DNA of 64,000 nucleotides. It comes from an uncultured virus (IMG/VR IMGVR_UViG_3300036770_001202) (taxonomy: Duplodnaviria; Heunggongvirae; Uroviricota; Caudoviricetes). Within the stretch, counting starts at the first letter, position 1. Each line of letters starts with the position of its first letter. Shown here piece by piece: positions 39,376 through 47,750 of the stretch. The notes beneath the pieces were generated by a model. It worked only from the letters and a program-made list of their open reading frames with translations, had not been told where the DNA came from and did no database searches. Made by a program: the position numbers and the translations under genes. The stretch is taken from the IMG/VR virus record IMGVR_UViG_3300036770_001202. One strand, given 5' to 3'.

Positions 39376-40934
39376 AACATTTTTATGAACGAAACGATTG
39401 GCTGTTAAATCACGAAACAAACAAGACGTTTGAACAAATTCAATGGATGACGGATGATGAATTCAAGCAATGGTTTATTGACTTGCGTAAAGCGGTTGTT
39501 CATGCGTGGGATAATCTTAATCAACCTCCAAGGGTTGGTTGGGACGAAGACGAAATTCGAAAGCAATTTCGAGAAATGTATGGCTTTCCCGTTCATGAAT
39601 TCGAACAAGTCGATGAACTGACTGGTGAGAAAGATATAATTCGTAACACTAGCGTTGTTGGTAATGCGGCTAATCAATGGTTTCCTACAATGATGAAGAC
39701 TCGCATCAACTATACTAAGAATGATGACGGGCTTTCAATCTATGACCATTTCGTTCGTGATGATTTGCTAGACAAAACTCTTAAGTATGCCCGCAGACAT
39801 TACAAGCGTGATTCATTCTATCACTACTCTAACACAGTTAAGGTAGGTGAGGTTCTCACGTTCGGCACACACAAAAAGAAATTCAAGACAGGCGATGAAT
39901 TCGTTCAATGGTTCGAAGACAATAGCATTCGTCAATACGGTTATGACTATTGGGTAGAATCGCGTGACGAAGACGAAGAGTATACTGGCTATAATGAAGA
40001 ACTCAAAGATGCAAAGTATCTTGAAATTTCGAACTTGACCATTTGTCAAGAACACACCCTAAAGAATATTCAAGCGAAGCAATCGAAGTATCGCATTCGT
40101 TTATACAAGTTAGGACAAAGAATTTTTCCTCTTGGCTTCAAAGCATTCCGCGTATCGTGGTGTCAATACGCAGTAAATTTTCCTCCATTGACTGCAAAAT
40201 ATCTCTATGAAAAATTCACAAAGCACATTCAGGGACAAGATAGAATTGTGGTTTACGATCCCTCTAGTGGTTGGGGCGGTCGTATTCTCGGTGCTATGTC
40301 TGTCCGTAGTAGCACTCCCTTACATTATGTTGGTACTGATCCTAATACTGATCACACTATTAGGAGCGATAGTGGTGATACTTCTACTAAGTATGCCGAT
40401 CTGGCTAATTTCTATAATGCCGCCAAGAACTCTGGAGTATTGTTTGAGAGTTCCAATACTTTCGACATATATCAATTGGGTTCTGAAGTCATTGGAGAAG
40501 ACAAACGATTCCAAGAATACAAAGGCAAGTTAGACATGGTGTTCACTTCACCTCCTTACTTTGCTAAAGAGGCGTATAGCGAAGACCCAACACAATCGTA
40601 TAAAAAGTTTACGGGATATGATGCATGGCGCGAAGGTTTCTTGCGACCAACTTTGACAACCGCAGTAGAGTGGTTACGCAATGATCGTTATCTTCTTTGG
40701 AACATTGCTGATGCAAAGTTTGGTAATGACATGCTGCCACTCGAACAAGATAGTATAAATATTCTCAGAGAACTTGGCATGGAGTATAAAGGCATTCTTA
40801 AAATGTCTCTCGCACAAATGCCTGGAGGTAACCGCATCGATCCTGGGACTGGACTTCCTAAAGCGAAGAATTTTTGTAAGGTCAACGGCATGTGGTTGAA
40901 ATATGAACCCATTTTTGTATTCTACAAGCCATGA
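39372..40934 (+). CDS. SAM-dependent amino-MTase-fold DNA modification enzyme with long N-terminal extension
   Basis: Motif I YDPSSGWGGR, GTDPN, and motif IV FTSPPYF. Confidence 0.8.
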   Translation: MKHFYERNDWLLNHETNKTFEQIQWMTDDEFKQWFIDLRKAVVHAWDNLNQPPRVGWDEDEIRKQFREMYGFPVHEFEQVDELTGEKDIIRNTSVVGNAANQWFPTMMKTRINYTKNDDGLSIYDHFVRDDLLDKTLKYARRHYKRDSFYHYSNTVKVGEVLTFGTHKKKFKTGDEFVQWFEDNSIRQYGYDYWVESRDEDEEYTGYNEELKDAKYLEISNLTICQEHTLKNIQAKQSKYRIRLYKLGQRIFPLGFKAFRVSWCQYAVNFPPLTAKYLYEKFTKHIQGQDRIVVYDPSSGWGGRILGAMSVRSSTPLHYVGTDPNTDHTIRSDSGDTSTKYADLANFYNAAKNSGVLFESSNTFDIYQLGSEVIGEDKRFQEYKGKLDMVFTSPPYFAKEAYSEDPTQSYKKFTGYDAWREGFLRPTLTTAVEWLRNDRYLLWNIADAKFGNDMLPLEQDSINILRELGMEYKGILKMSLAQMPGGNRIDPGTGLPKAKNFCKVNGMWLKYEPIFVFYKP

Positions 40935-41101
40935 AAACACTCTTTTGTCCCAAGTGCAAGAAAGACAAACCATCGAACGGTTATTTTTTCAAGCGAGAGG
41001 ACCTCGACCGAGCATCAAAAAAGCAACACTTACAGGTAATTTGCAAGGAATGCGGAGGAAATCCTACCGAAAAAGTGAGAAAAAACCCAAAAATCCTATA
41101 A
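40931..41101 (+). CDS. Zinc-ribbon protein (56 aa, not in ORF track)
   Basis: MKTLFCPKC...ICKECGG; ATGA overlap with the MTase stop. Confidence 0.6.
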   Translation: MKTLFCPKCKKDKPSNGYFFKREDLDRASKKQHLQVICKECGGNPTEKVRKNPKIL

Positions 41102-41111
41102 GTTATTGATT
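41099..41111. promoter_or_regulatory. IHF-binding consensus site
   Basis: TAAGTTATTGATT matches YAANNNNTTGATW, about 50 bp upstream of a promoter. Confidence 0.55.
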
Positions 41112-41160
41112 TTTAAGTGATTTTTCTGTCGTTTTTTTGCAACTTTACCTAAAAAAGTTG

Positions 41161-41188
41161 TTGACTTCCTCTCCCATAGGTGTATAAT
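41161..41188 (+). promoter_or_regulatory. Early sigma70-like promoter
   Basis: TTGACT-16bp-TATAAT with an AT-rich upstream region. Confidence 0.75.
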
Positions 41189-41216
41189 AGACTATGTTGA
41201 GTTGAGAGAGGATGAT

Positions 41217-41600
41217 ATGGGACAGACAGTTACACTATGGTCGATGCGCGGTGTTTCCAAAGCGAAGACCGCTAAAGCAATTCTCTTCCTGAACACCGAG
41301 ACTAACCTAGAGGCTTGGATGCCTCTCACGGTTGCAAGTGTTCGTTTCATTGGTAAGGACTACAAGGTGCAAGTAACTGTACCGAGTTGGTTCTACGGCA
41401 AGATTCAATGGAAGCAACCTTCTACTTTTACCCCCAAAGCAAAGCCTGCTAACCCATACATTGGTGCTGACGTTGGCAACATGATGGAAGAGCGAATGGT
41501 GCTTGAAGAAATTGCCGATTCTGAAACAGGCGAGGCTAAGCAAAAATTGCTTGACCAAATCAAGTTGATTGATGAAGCCGTCAAAGCGGCTTACGCTTGA
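41217..41600 (+). CDS. Hypothetical early protein
   Basis: SD gagg before ATG 41217; TAKAILF...EAWMPL...TVPSWF. Confidence 0.7.
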   Translation: MGQTVTLWSMRGVSKAKTAKAILFLNTETNLEAWMPLTVASVRFIGKDYKVQVTVPSWFYGKIQWKQPSTFTPKAKPANPYIGADVGNMMEERMVLEEIADSETGEAKQKLLDQIKLIDEAVKAAYA

Positions 41601-41625
41601 CATTACCAATCTAGTGTGATATGAT
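41597..41625 (+). promoter_or_regulatory. Early sigma70-like promoter
   Basis: TTGACA-17bp-TATGAT with extended TG. Confidence 0.85.
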
Positions 41626-41649
41626 ACATACATACTGATTGAGGACAAA

Positions 41650-43815
41650 ATGGAAAATCTTCTGAATTCAAAGTCAACCCTTGCGAAACTTCTCGCTACC
41701 GAAAATATCACGGTAGAGTATCGCAAGGCTCAAACGGCTGCCTTTAACGTAGCCACTCGCACACTAACCCTCCCTATCTGGAACGACCTTACCTCTGAAA
41801 TGACTGACCTGATGATTGGTCATGAGGTTGGTCACGCCCTTGATACGCCGCGTGAATATGGCGACAAGGAACTTCAATCATACGGCAATGGTTTTAAAAC
41901 CTTTCTGAACGTAGTTGAAGATGCGCGGATTGAACGCCGCATCAAGGATCGTTATCCAGGTCTCAAGCGATCCTTCTCTAAAGGCTATCAAGAATTCATG
42001 AGCCGCGACTTCTTTGAAGTCAATGGCAAAGATGTTTCTAAGATGCTACTGATTGACCGAATCAATTTGTATTTCAAGATTGGTCCTTTCTTCCCTGTCA
42101 ATTTCAATGAACCTGAAACGGTTTTGGTGAAGAAGGTCGCCGCTTGCGAAACATTCGATGATGTAATTGCAGTCTGCAAGGAATTGTATGACTACTGCAA
42201 AGAGGAACTGGAAGAAAAGCGCCAAGAGGCGATGGAAGACTTTCAGGCTAAAGTAGAAGCAGGCGAATTCGATGATGAATTCGATGATGAATTCGGTGAT
42301 AGTCAATCGAATGATGATTTTGAATATGGAAATCCTAACGAAAGCGAAGATGGCGATGGCTTTAATGATGATGATTTTGACAATGATTTTGACAATGGCT
42401 ATTCAAAGTCTGGCTCACCAGAGTATCGCGATCCAAAAGAATTAGCGCAGTATGATGAAGTCAAGGCTGCTACAGATGAAACCTTGCAAAAGGCTCTGAA
42501 GTCTCTGACTGAACAAAAAGAATTGATGGTCGGTTCAATGCCTTCCATGTCGCAATTCAATTACTCTAATCTGATCATTCCTTTCAAGAATATCGTAGGC
42601 AAAGTGTTCGCTACAGAAACTTATACTGATGGCGAATACAAGGCTGGTATGATTTCTGAATTCGAAGCAAAGAACAAGAATGCAATTGCATACCTTGTCA
42701 AAGAATTCGAAATGAAGAAGAAGGCTGCTGAATTGCGCCGTGTGACTGTCTCTGATACTGGTGTCCTTGATACCAACAAGTTGCACACTTATAAATTCAA
42801 TGACGATATCTTCCGTAAGGTAGGTTCTGTTTCTGCTGGTAAGAATCACGGTATTGTGATGTTCGTTGACTGGTCTGGTTCCATGCAAGACAACATGCAA
42901 GGCACTATCGAACAGTTAATCACACTAACGACATTCTGCCGAAAAGTGAATATTCCGTTCGAAGTGTATGCTTTCTCTACTGCATACCACGATAACGGTG
43001 GAAGTAAAAACCGTGATGCGGTTAAGAATGAAAAGGGTTCGCTTGCACTTGAAAATGGCTGGTGCCTGTTGAATTTGTTTTCTAGCCGAATGAAGAACAT
43101 GGAATATCGCCGCATGGCAAATGACATGTTGAACTACGGCGCATTGATTGCAAATTACTATAAGCGTGGTTACATCAATGATAAATTTGGGCTTGGTGGC
43201 ACTCCTCTGAACCAATGCATTATCTCTGCCGCTGGTATTGTCAACAACTTCCGTAAGTCTTACAAGGCTGAAATTGTTGACGTTATGTTTCTGACTGACG
43301 GCGAAGACTCCGATAACATGTGGACTCACTCCGAGAATATGTATGGCGGTGAAACAAAGCGTATCGGTGCGACAACTCGCTACAGCGTTTCGTATCTTGA
43401 AGATAAGCAAATGTGCAAAAAGTATCGCGTAAGCGATTCGGGTATCACTCCGACTTTGCTTGAAATTCTCAAGGACAAGACTGGTTGCAATTTGATTGGA
43501 TTCTATATCCTTCCGACTCGCCGCCGTTACTTTGATAATGCACTCATGCGATTCTCCATGCCGATTAGCAATGAATCGTTCCAAGCATTCAAGACTGAAA
43601 AGTTTTTCGCGATTAACAATTATGGATATGATCAATACTTCCTGATTCCTGGTGGTAATGATTTGTCCGTTGAAGATGAAGACTTGGATGATCTGTTGGG
43701 AGAAAACAACACTCAAGTTAGTACCCGCAAACTTAAGGGTGCGTTTCTCAAGATGAACAAAAACCGCTTGACTAACCGTGTTCTCCTGTCAAAAGTAATT
43801 GAAGAAATCGCTTGA
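41650..43815 (+). CDS. CobT-like protein: HExxH peptidase-like N-domain, acidic linker and VWA domain
   Basis: GHEVGH, NVVEDARIE, MIDAS motif DWSGS, GGTPL and LTDGE. Confidence 0.85.
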   Translation: MENLLNSKSTLAKLLATENITVEYRKAQTAAFNVATRTLTLPIWNDLTSEMTDLMIGHEVGHALDTPREYGDKELQSYGNGFKTFLNVVEDARIERRIKDRYPGLKRSFSKGYQEFMSRDFFEVNGKDVSKMLLIDRINLYFKIGPFFPVNFNEPETVLVKKVAACETFDDVIAVCKELYDYCKEELEEKRQEAMEDFQAKVEAGEFDDEFDDEFGDSQSNDDFEYGNPNESEDGDGFNDDDFDNDFDNGYSKSGSPEYRDPKELAQYDEVKAATDETLQKALKSLTEQKELMVGSMPSMSQFNYSNLIIPFKNIVGKVFATETYTDGEYKAGMISEFEAKNKNAIAYLVKEFEMKKKAAELRRVTVSDTGVLDTNKLHTYKFNDDIFRKVGSVSAGKNHGIVMFVDWSGSMQDNMQGTIEQLITLTTFCRKVNIPFEVYAFSTAYHDNGGSKNRDAVKNEKGSLALENGWCLLNLFSSRMKNMEYRRMANDMLNYGALIANYYKRGYINDKFGLGGTPLNQCIISAAGIVNNFRKSYKAEIVDVMFLTDGEDSDNMWTHSENMYGGETKRIGATTRYSVSYLEDKQMCKKYRVSDSGITPTLLEILKDKTGCNLIGFYILPTRRRYFDNALMRFSMPISNESFQAFKTEKFFAINNYGYDQYFLIPGGNDLSVEDEDLDDLLGENNTQVSTRKLKGAFLKMNKNRLTNRVLLSKVIEEIA

Positions 43816-43840
43816 CATGCCGTAAAAAATGGAGTATAAT
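43812..43840 (+). promoter_or_regulatory. Early sigma70 promoter (perfect consensus)
   Basis: TTGACA-17bp-TATAAT. Confidence 0.9.
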
Positions 43841-43891
43841 TACTCCTGTAATGATGATGATCTGTTCTGAAACCTGAAAGGAAACTTTGTA

Positions 43892-45064
43892 ATGATTAGC
43901 CGTGAACAAAAAGTTGCGTTTCTTACTGAGGCTGCAAATCGTTTCGGTAGTGTTGTGACTCGCCAGCAAATCGTATCCCTTGCCGATGAGGGATTCGGTC
44001 GCCACTTCTGGCTTGAAAGTGATAAGTATCGGGTTGGTCGCGGTCAGTATCAACTTCCGCTTGATGAATTCAGTATCAATCTGAATGCTGTTTCCGCCAA
44101 GGTTATTGAAATGCCAAAACAAACTCCCGTGGCTGAAGTGAAGCCTGCTACAAAAATTGCATCCGTCAGCCGTGTTGAAGAAGGTGCAATTATTCCGAAG
44201 GTGAATGCACTCTATGTGCCGTTCGGTTTCTTTGACAAGATGAAGGCGATTATCACTAGCCAGCGATTCTATCCTACTTTCGTTTCTGGTCTCTCTGGCA
44301 ACGGCAAGACTTTCATGGTCGAACAAGCCTGCGCCCAAGCCAAGCGCGAATTTCTCCGTGTGAATATTTCACCTGAGACTGATGAGGATGATCTGATTGG
44401 TGGCTTCCGTTTGATTGACGGTGAGACTAAGTGGTTCGATGGTCCTGTCATTCAAGCAATGAAGCGTGGTTCTGTTCTGGTGCTTGATGAAATCGACCGT
44501 GGTTCGAACAAACTAATGTGTCTGCAAGGCATTCTTGAAGGTAAGGGTGTTCTGATCAAGAAGACGGGTGAGTATGTTGAACCTGCGAAAGGTTTCAACG
44601 TAGTGGCTACCGCTAACACCAAGGGTAAGGGTGACGAGACTGGTCGCTACATGGCTGCAACAATTCTTGATGATGCGTTCCTTGAGCGTTTCCCGATTAC
44701 CGTTGAACAAGAATATCCTGACACCAAGGTAGAGACTAAGATTCTCTCCAAGATGTTTGATAGCCTTGGCATTCAAGATAAGGCATTCGCCGAGAATCTT
44801 GTGAAGTGGGCTGATATCATTCGTAAGACTTTCGAAGAAGGTGCGATTGATGAAATCATTTCCACTCGCCGTCTTGTCCACATCGCTGAAGCATACACTA
44901 TCTTCAACGATAAGATGGATGCGATTCAATACTGTATCAATCGTTTCGATGCAGAGACTAAGAATTCTTTCCTTGACCTTTACACTAAGATTGACGCTGG
45001 TATCGATCCAACGGCAACTACCGAAGTGAAAAAGGATGAGACTAGCGAAGAAATTCCGTTCTAA
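43892..45064 (+). CDS. CobS/MoxR-family AAA+ ATPase
   Basis: GLSGNGKT, DLIGG, LVLDEID, ATANTKG and AFLERF; adjacent to a VWA partner. Confidence 0.9.
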   Translation: MISREQKVAFLTEAANRFGSVVTRQQIVSLADEGFGRHFWLESDKYRVGRGQYQLPLDEFSINLNAVSAKVIEMPKQTPVAEVKPATKIASVSRVEEGAIIPKVNALYVPFGFFDKMKAIITSQRFYPTFVSGLSGNGKTFMVEQACAQAKREFLRVNISPETDEDDLIGGFRLIDGETKWFDGPVIQAMKRGSVLVLDEIDRGSNKLMCLQGILEGKGVLIKKTGEYVEPAKGFNVVATANTKGKGDETGRYMAATILDDAFLERFPITVEQEYPDTKVETKILSKMFDSLGIQDKAFAENLVKWADIIRKTFEEGAIDEIISTRRLVHIAEAYTIFNDKMDAIQYCINRFDAETKNSFLDLYTKIDAGIDPTATTEVKKDETSEEIPF

Positions 45065-45082
45065 ATAGTTAGCACTCTGATG

Positions 45083-45110
45083 CAAAGAGGTCACGTTTGT
45101 GACCTCTTTG
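45083..45110 (+). terminator. Hairpin/terminator
   Basis: CAAAGAGGTCAC-gttt-GTGACCTCTTTG. Confidence 0.75.
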
Positions 45111-45152
45111 TGCATATATAATATATCACAACTAGTAAATTATGGAGAGAGT

Positions 45153-46070
45153 ATGAAATTTGAACTTGACCTAAAGCAACTCCGCACAAAGAAATTGTTT
45201 ATTGCCACACCAATGTATGGTGGGCAATGTCATGGTGCTTATACCAAAGCAATTTCTGATCTAATGATTCTATGTACCAAATATGGTATCGAAGCAAAAC
45301 TGTTTTTCATTTTTAATGAATCATTGGTTCAACGTGCGCGAAACTACCTAGCAGACGAATTCATGCGAAGTGAATTTGATTATATGATGTTCATCGATAG
45401 CGATATTCATTTTGAAGCACAAGATGTTCTTGTGATGATGCATTTCGCAGTCAACAACGACAATATGGATATTATCTGCGGTCCATATCCTAAGAAGGCG
45501 ATCTCTTGGGAAAAGATTAGGCTTGCTGTTAATAAGGGTTATGCGGACAAGAATCCAAATCAACTCGAAGAATTTGTTGGTGATTATGTGTTTAATCCAG
45601 CAGAAGGTATCACACAATTTAGAATTGATGAGCCTGTTGAAGTGAAAGAAGGTGGTACTGGATTCATGTTGATCAAGCGAACTACATTCAATAAGTTTGA
45701 TGAAGCATATCCAGGACAACGTTATCGTCCAGACCACGTTCGCACCACACACTTTGATGGCTCTCGCGAAATCACCGCTTACTTTGATTGCCCTATTGAT
45801 CCAGAATCCAAGCGTTATCTTTCTGAAGACTATATGTTCTGCCAGTGGTCGCGCAAAGCAGGACTTAAGGTTTGGTTGCTTCCTTGGATTCGTCTGAAAC
45901 ACGCCGGCGCATATATCTTTGGTGGTTCTTTGCAAGCCCTTGCTGCTATTGGAGCATCACCTACAGCAGGAGAAGATGTTATGAAGAAAGACGTTAAGCA
46001 AGGACTCACAGTTAACGGAAGTATTGCACCTGTGACTAAACTTTCGGAAGTGAAAAAAACCAAGAAATAA
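45153..46070 (+). CDS. GT-A/GT2-like glycosyltransferase
   Basis: FIATPMYGG, RARN, FIDSD (DxD), GTGFMLI and SEDYMFC; SD ggag before ATG 45153. Confidence 0.75.
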   Translation: MKFELDLKQLRTKKLFIATPMYGGQCHGAYTKAISDLMILCTKYGIEAKLFFIFNESLVQRARNYLADEFMRSEFDYMMFIDSDIHFEAQDVLVMMHFAVNNDNMDIICGPYPKKAISWEKIRLAVNKGYADKNPNQLEEFVGDYVFNPAEGITQFRIDEPVEVKEGGTGFMLIKRTTFNKFDEAYPGQRYRPDHVRTTHFDGSREITAYFDCPIDPESKRYLSEDYMFCQWSRKAGLKVWLLPWIRLKHAGAYIFGGSLQALAAIGASPTAGEDVMKKDVKQGLTVNGSIAPVTKLSEVKKTKK

Positions 46071-46079
46071 GGATATAGA

Positions 46080-46364
46080 ATGATTGAATATCGTTATAAT
46101 GAAGGCAAACTTCTTGCCGAGTTGAAAGATTATATTGATTCCACATATGGTCAACATTACTCTCAGAATCGTTTCCAAGCAACAGAATTTATCATCGATG
46201 GAGGTCACGGTGAAGGATTCTGCATTGGAAACATTCTGAAGTATGCACAGCGATATGGTAAGAAAGAAGGAAAGAATCGTAAGGACTTGCTAAAGGTCCT
46301 GCATTATGCTATGATTATGTTATATGTTCATGACTTGAATGAGGTGAAAAATGAAACTAAGTGA
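46080..46364 (+). CDS. DUF3310-like protein (T7 gp1.7 nucleotide-kinase-like)
   Basis: HY...GFCIGNILKYAQRYGKK...DLLK..HY. Confidence 0.7.
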   Translation: MIEYRYNEGKLLAELKDYIDSTYGQHYSQNRFQATEFIIDGGHGEGFCIGNILKYAQRYGKKEGKNRKDLLKVLHYAMIMLYVHDLNEVKNETK

Positions 46365-47022
46365 AAATACAGTCGGTGTTCTGAAGAACTTTGCTACAAT
46401 TAATTCTGGTATTCAGATTAAAGCCGGTTCTACAATTCGAACAATTTCCAAGCAGCAAAACGTTCTCGCAAAGGCAACCGTATCAGAAAACTTTGATTCT
46501 GAGTTTGTCATTTATGACTTGAATCGTTTTCTTGCGTTGATTACATCATTGGATGCGCCAGAGATTTCTATAAATACAGAGAAGAAAAATTTGATGGTGA
46601 AATCCGGTTCGTCAAAAACAACATACGGTCTTTCAGACGAATCTATGATTGTCGCGCCTCCCAACAAAGAACTTAAGTTGGAAAACGCCGAAGTGAATTT
46701 CAAACTGACGAAGGAAGACTTCAATCAGGTTATGAAACTCTCAGGCATTTTGGGACTACCTAATATCGCAGTAGTTGGTGATGGCAAGAACATTTCAATC
46801 TCCACACTAGATGTGAAGAATGATGAATCGGATTCTTTTTCTATTAAAGTGGGTGAGACTGAAGCAAAATTCAAAATGATTTTTGCAACAGAAAACTTGA
46901 AGATGGTTACGGGTAACTATGACGTTTCGATTTCATCGAAAGGCTTTGCTCACTTCAAAAATGAAAAGGACCCAATTGAGTATTGGGTTGCACTTGAATC
47001 TGGTTCCAAATACGAGGGTTAA
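46351..47022 (+). CDS. gp45: Sliding clamp gp45
   Basis: MKLSENT..VLKNFATIN, IYDLNRFL and YWVALE. Confidence 0.95.
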   Translation: MKLSENTVGVLKNFATINSGIQIKAGSTIRTISKQQNVLAKATVSENFDSEFVIYDLNRFLALITSLDAPEISINTEKKNLMVKSGSSKTTYGLSDESMIVAPPNKELKLENAEVNFKLTKEDFNQVMKLSGILGLPNIAVVGDGKNISISTLDVKNDESDSFSIKVGETEAKFKMIFATENLKMVTGNYDVSISSKGFAHFKNEKDPIEYWVALESGSKYEG

Positions 47023-47027
47023 TCGTT

Positions 47028-47297
47028 ATGAGTAATGTGATCATTCCATCTTCACCTGAAGATCGTAAGAAAATTCGTCAAGCATTGGATGAAATTAGTG
47101 CGTCACTAACACGCATCGAAGCAGAGCGTGATTTGATCAAAGAGATTCTACAGAACGTAGAAGACAATTTTGAAATGCCTAAGAAGTATACTCGCAAGGT
47201 TGCTAAAATCTATCACAAGCAAAATTTTGCACAAGTGAAGACTGAGCAGGAAGACCTTGAAACTATTTACGAAACTGTAACAGGACCTCAACCATGA
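47028..47297 (+). CDS. dsbA: dsDNA-binding protein, T4 DsbA-like
   Basis: LIKEI...YHKQNF....E.E.....YETV pattern and 89-aa size resemble T4 DsbA. Confidence 0.65.
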   Translation: MSNVIIPSSPEDRKKIRQALDEISASLTRIEAERDLIKEILQNVEDNFEMPKKYTRKVAKIYHKQNFAQVKTEQEDLETIYETVTGPQP

Positions 47298-47680
47298 ATC
47301 CAGACCGCAGAAGTTTTTTTAAAGGTGCAGGAATTTTAGGTGCGTTTACCGCAGGGCTTGTTACACCACACATCGTTGTTAATGCCCAAGAAAAACCTAA
47401 AGAAGTTGTAGAAGATATCAGTCACCTTGCACCAGAGTCTCCAACAACTTTTATGCTTGCTGCCGACAATAGAACCGCGGAAGAAAGGGCAGCAAACAAT
47501 CCATACAAAGATAGTCCTTATATGATTACAGGTTTTGATCATAAAGAGACTAATCGCGTTTCAATGTCTGTTGGTAAAGACAATCGTTTGTGGATTCAAG
47601 TTGATGGTAAGTGGCGAAGAGTCGCACTTGATCCTTCTTGGTGTGATCCTACCTATTGCGATCCAGCACCAGACGTTTAA
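47294..47680 (+). CDS. Protein with twin-arginine (Tat) signal peptide
   Basis: DRRSFFK, a hydrophobic Gly/Ala stretch, and VNA|Q cleavage-like site. Confidence 0.7.
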   Translation: MNPDRRSFFKGAGILGAFTAGLVTPHIVVNAQEKPKEVVEDISHLAPESPTTFMLAADNRTAEERAANNPYKDSPYMITGFDHKETNRVSMSVGKDNRLWIQVDGKWRRVALDPSWCDPTYCDPAPDV

Positions 47681-47688
47681 CACCGTCA

Positions 47689-47717
47689 TTGCATTCTAAC
47701 ATGAAATATGTTAGAAT
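47689..47717 (+). promoter_or_regulatory. Sigma70-like promoter for gp44
   Basis: TTGCAT-17bp-TAGAAT with extended TG; contains a 10-bp inverted repeat. Confidence 0.7.
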
Positions 47718-47750
47718 ATCTATTCTATGTTATGATTATTGAGGTGAAAC

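Noticed and set aside
42265..42400. Tandem GAATTCGATGAT and GACAATGATTTT-like repeats
   Set aside because: In-frame low-complexity repeats encoding the acidic linker of the VWA protein; no spacers, so not CRISPR.
41650..45064. Cobalamin biosynthesis (cobS/cobT) auxiliary metabolic genes
   Set aside because: No cobN or other cob genes are present; the motifs support only a generic MoxR-VWA pair.
42925..45935. Long minus-strand ORFs (263, 188, 200 and 195 aa)
   Set aside because: They lie antisense to well-supported + strand genes, with no recognisable motifs or SD; shadow ORFs from codon bias.
46569..46576. TATAAATA inside gp45
   Set aside because: Intragenic and about 450 bp from the next start; could be chance in AT-rich DNA, so not listed as a promoter.
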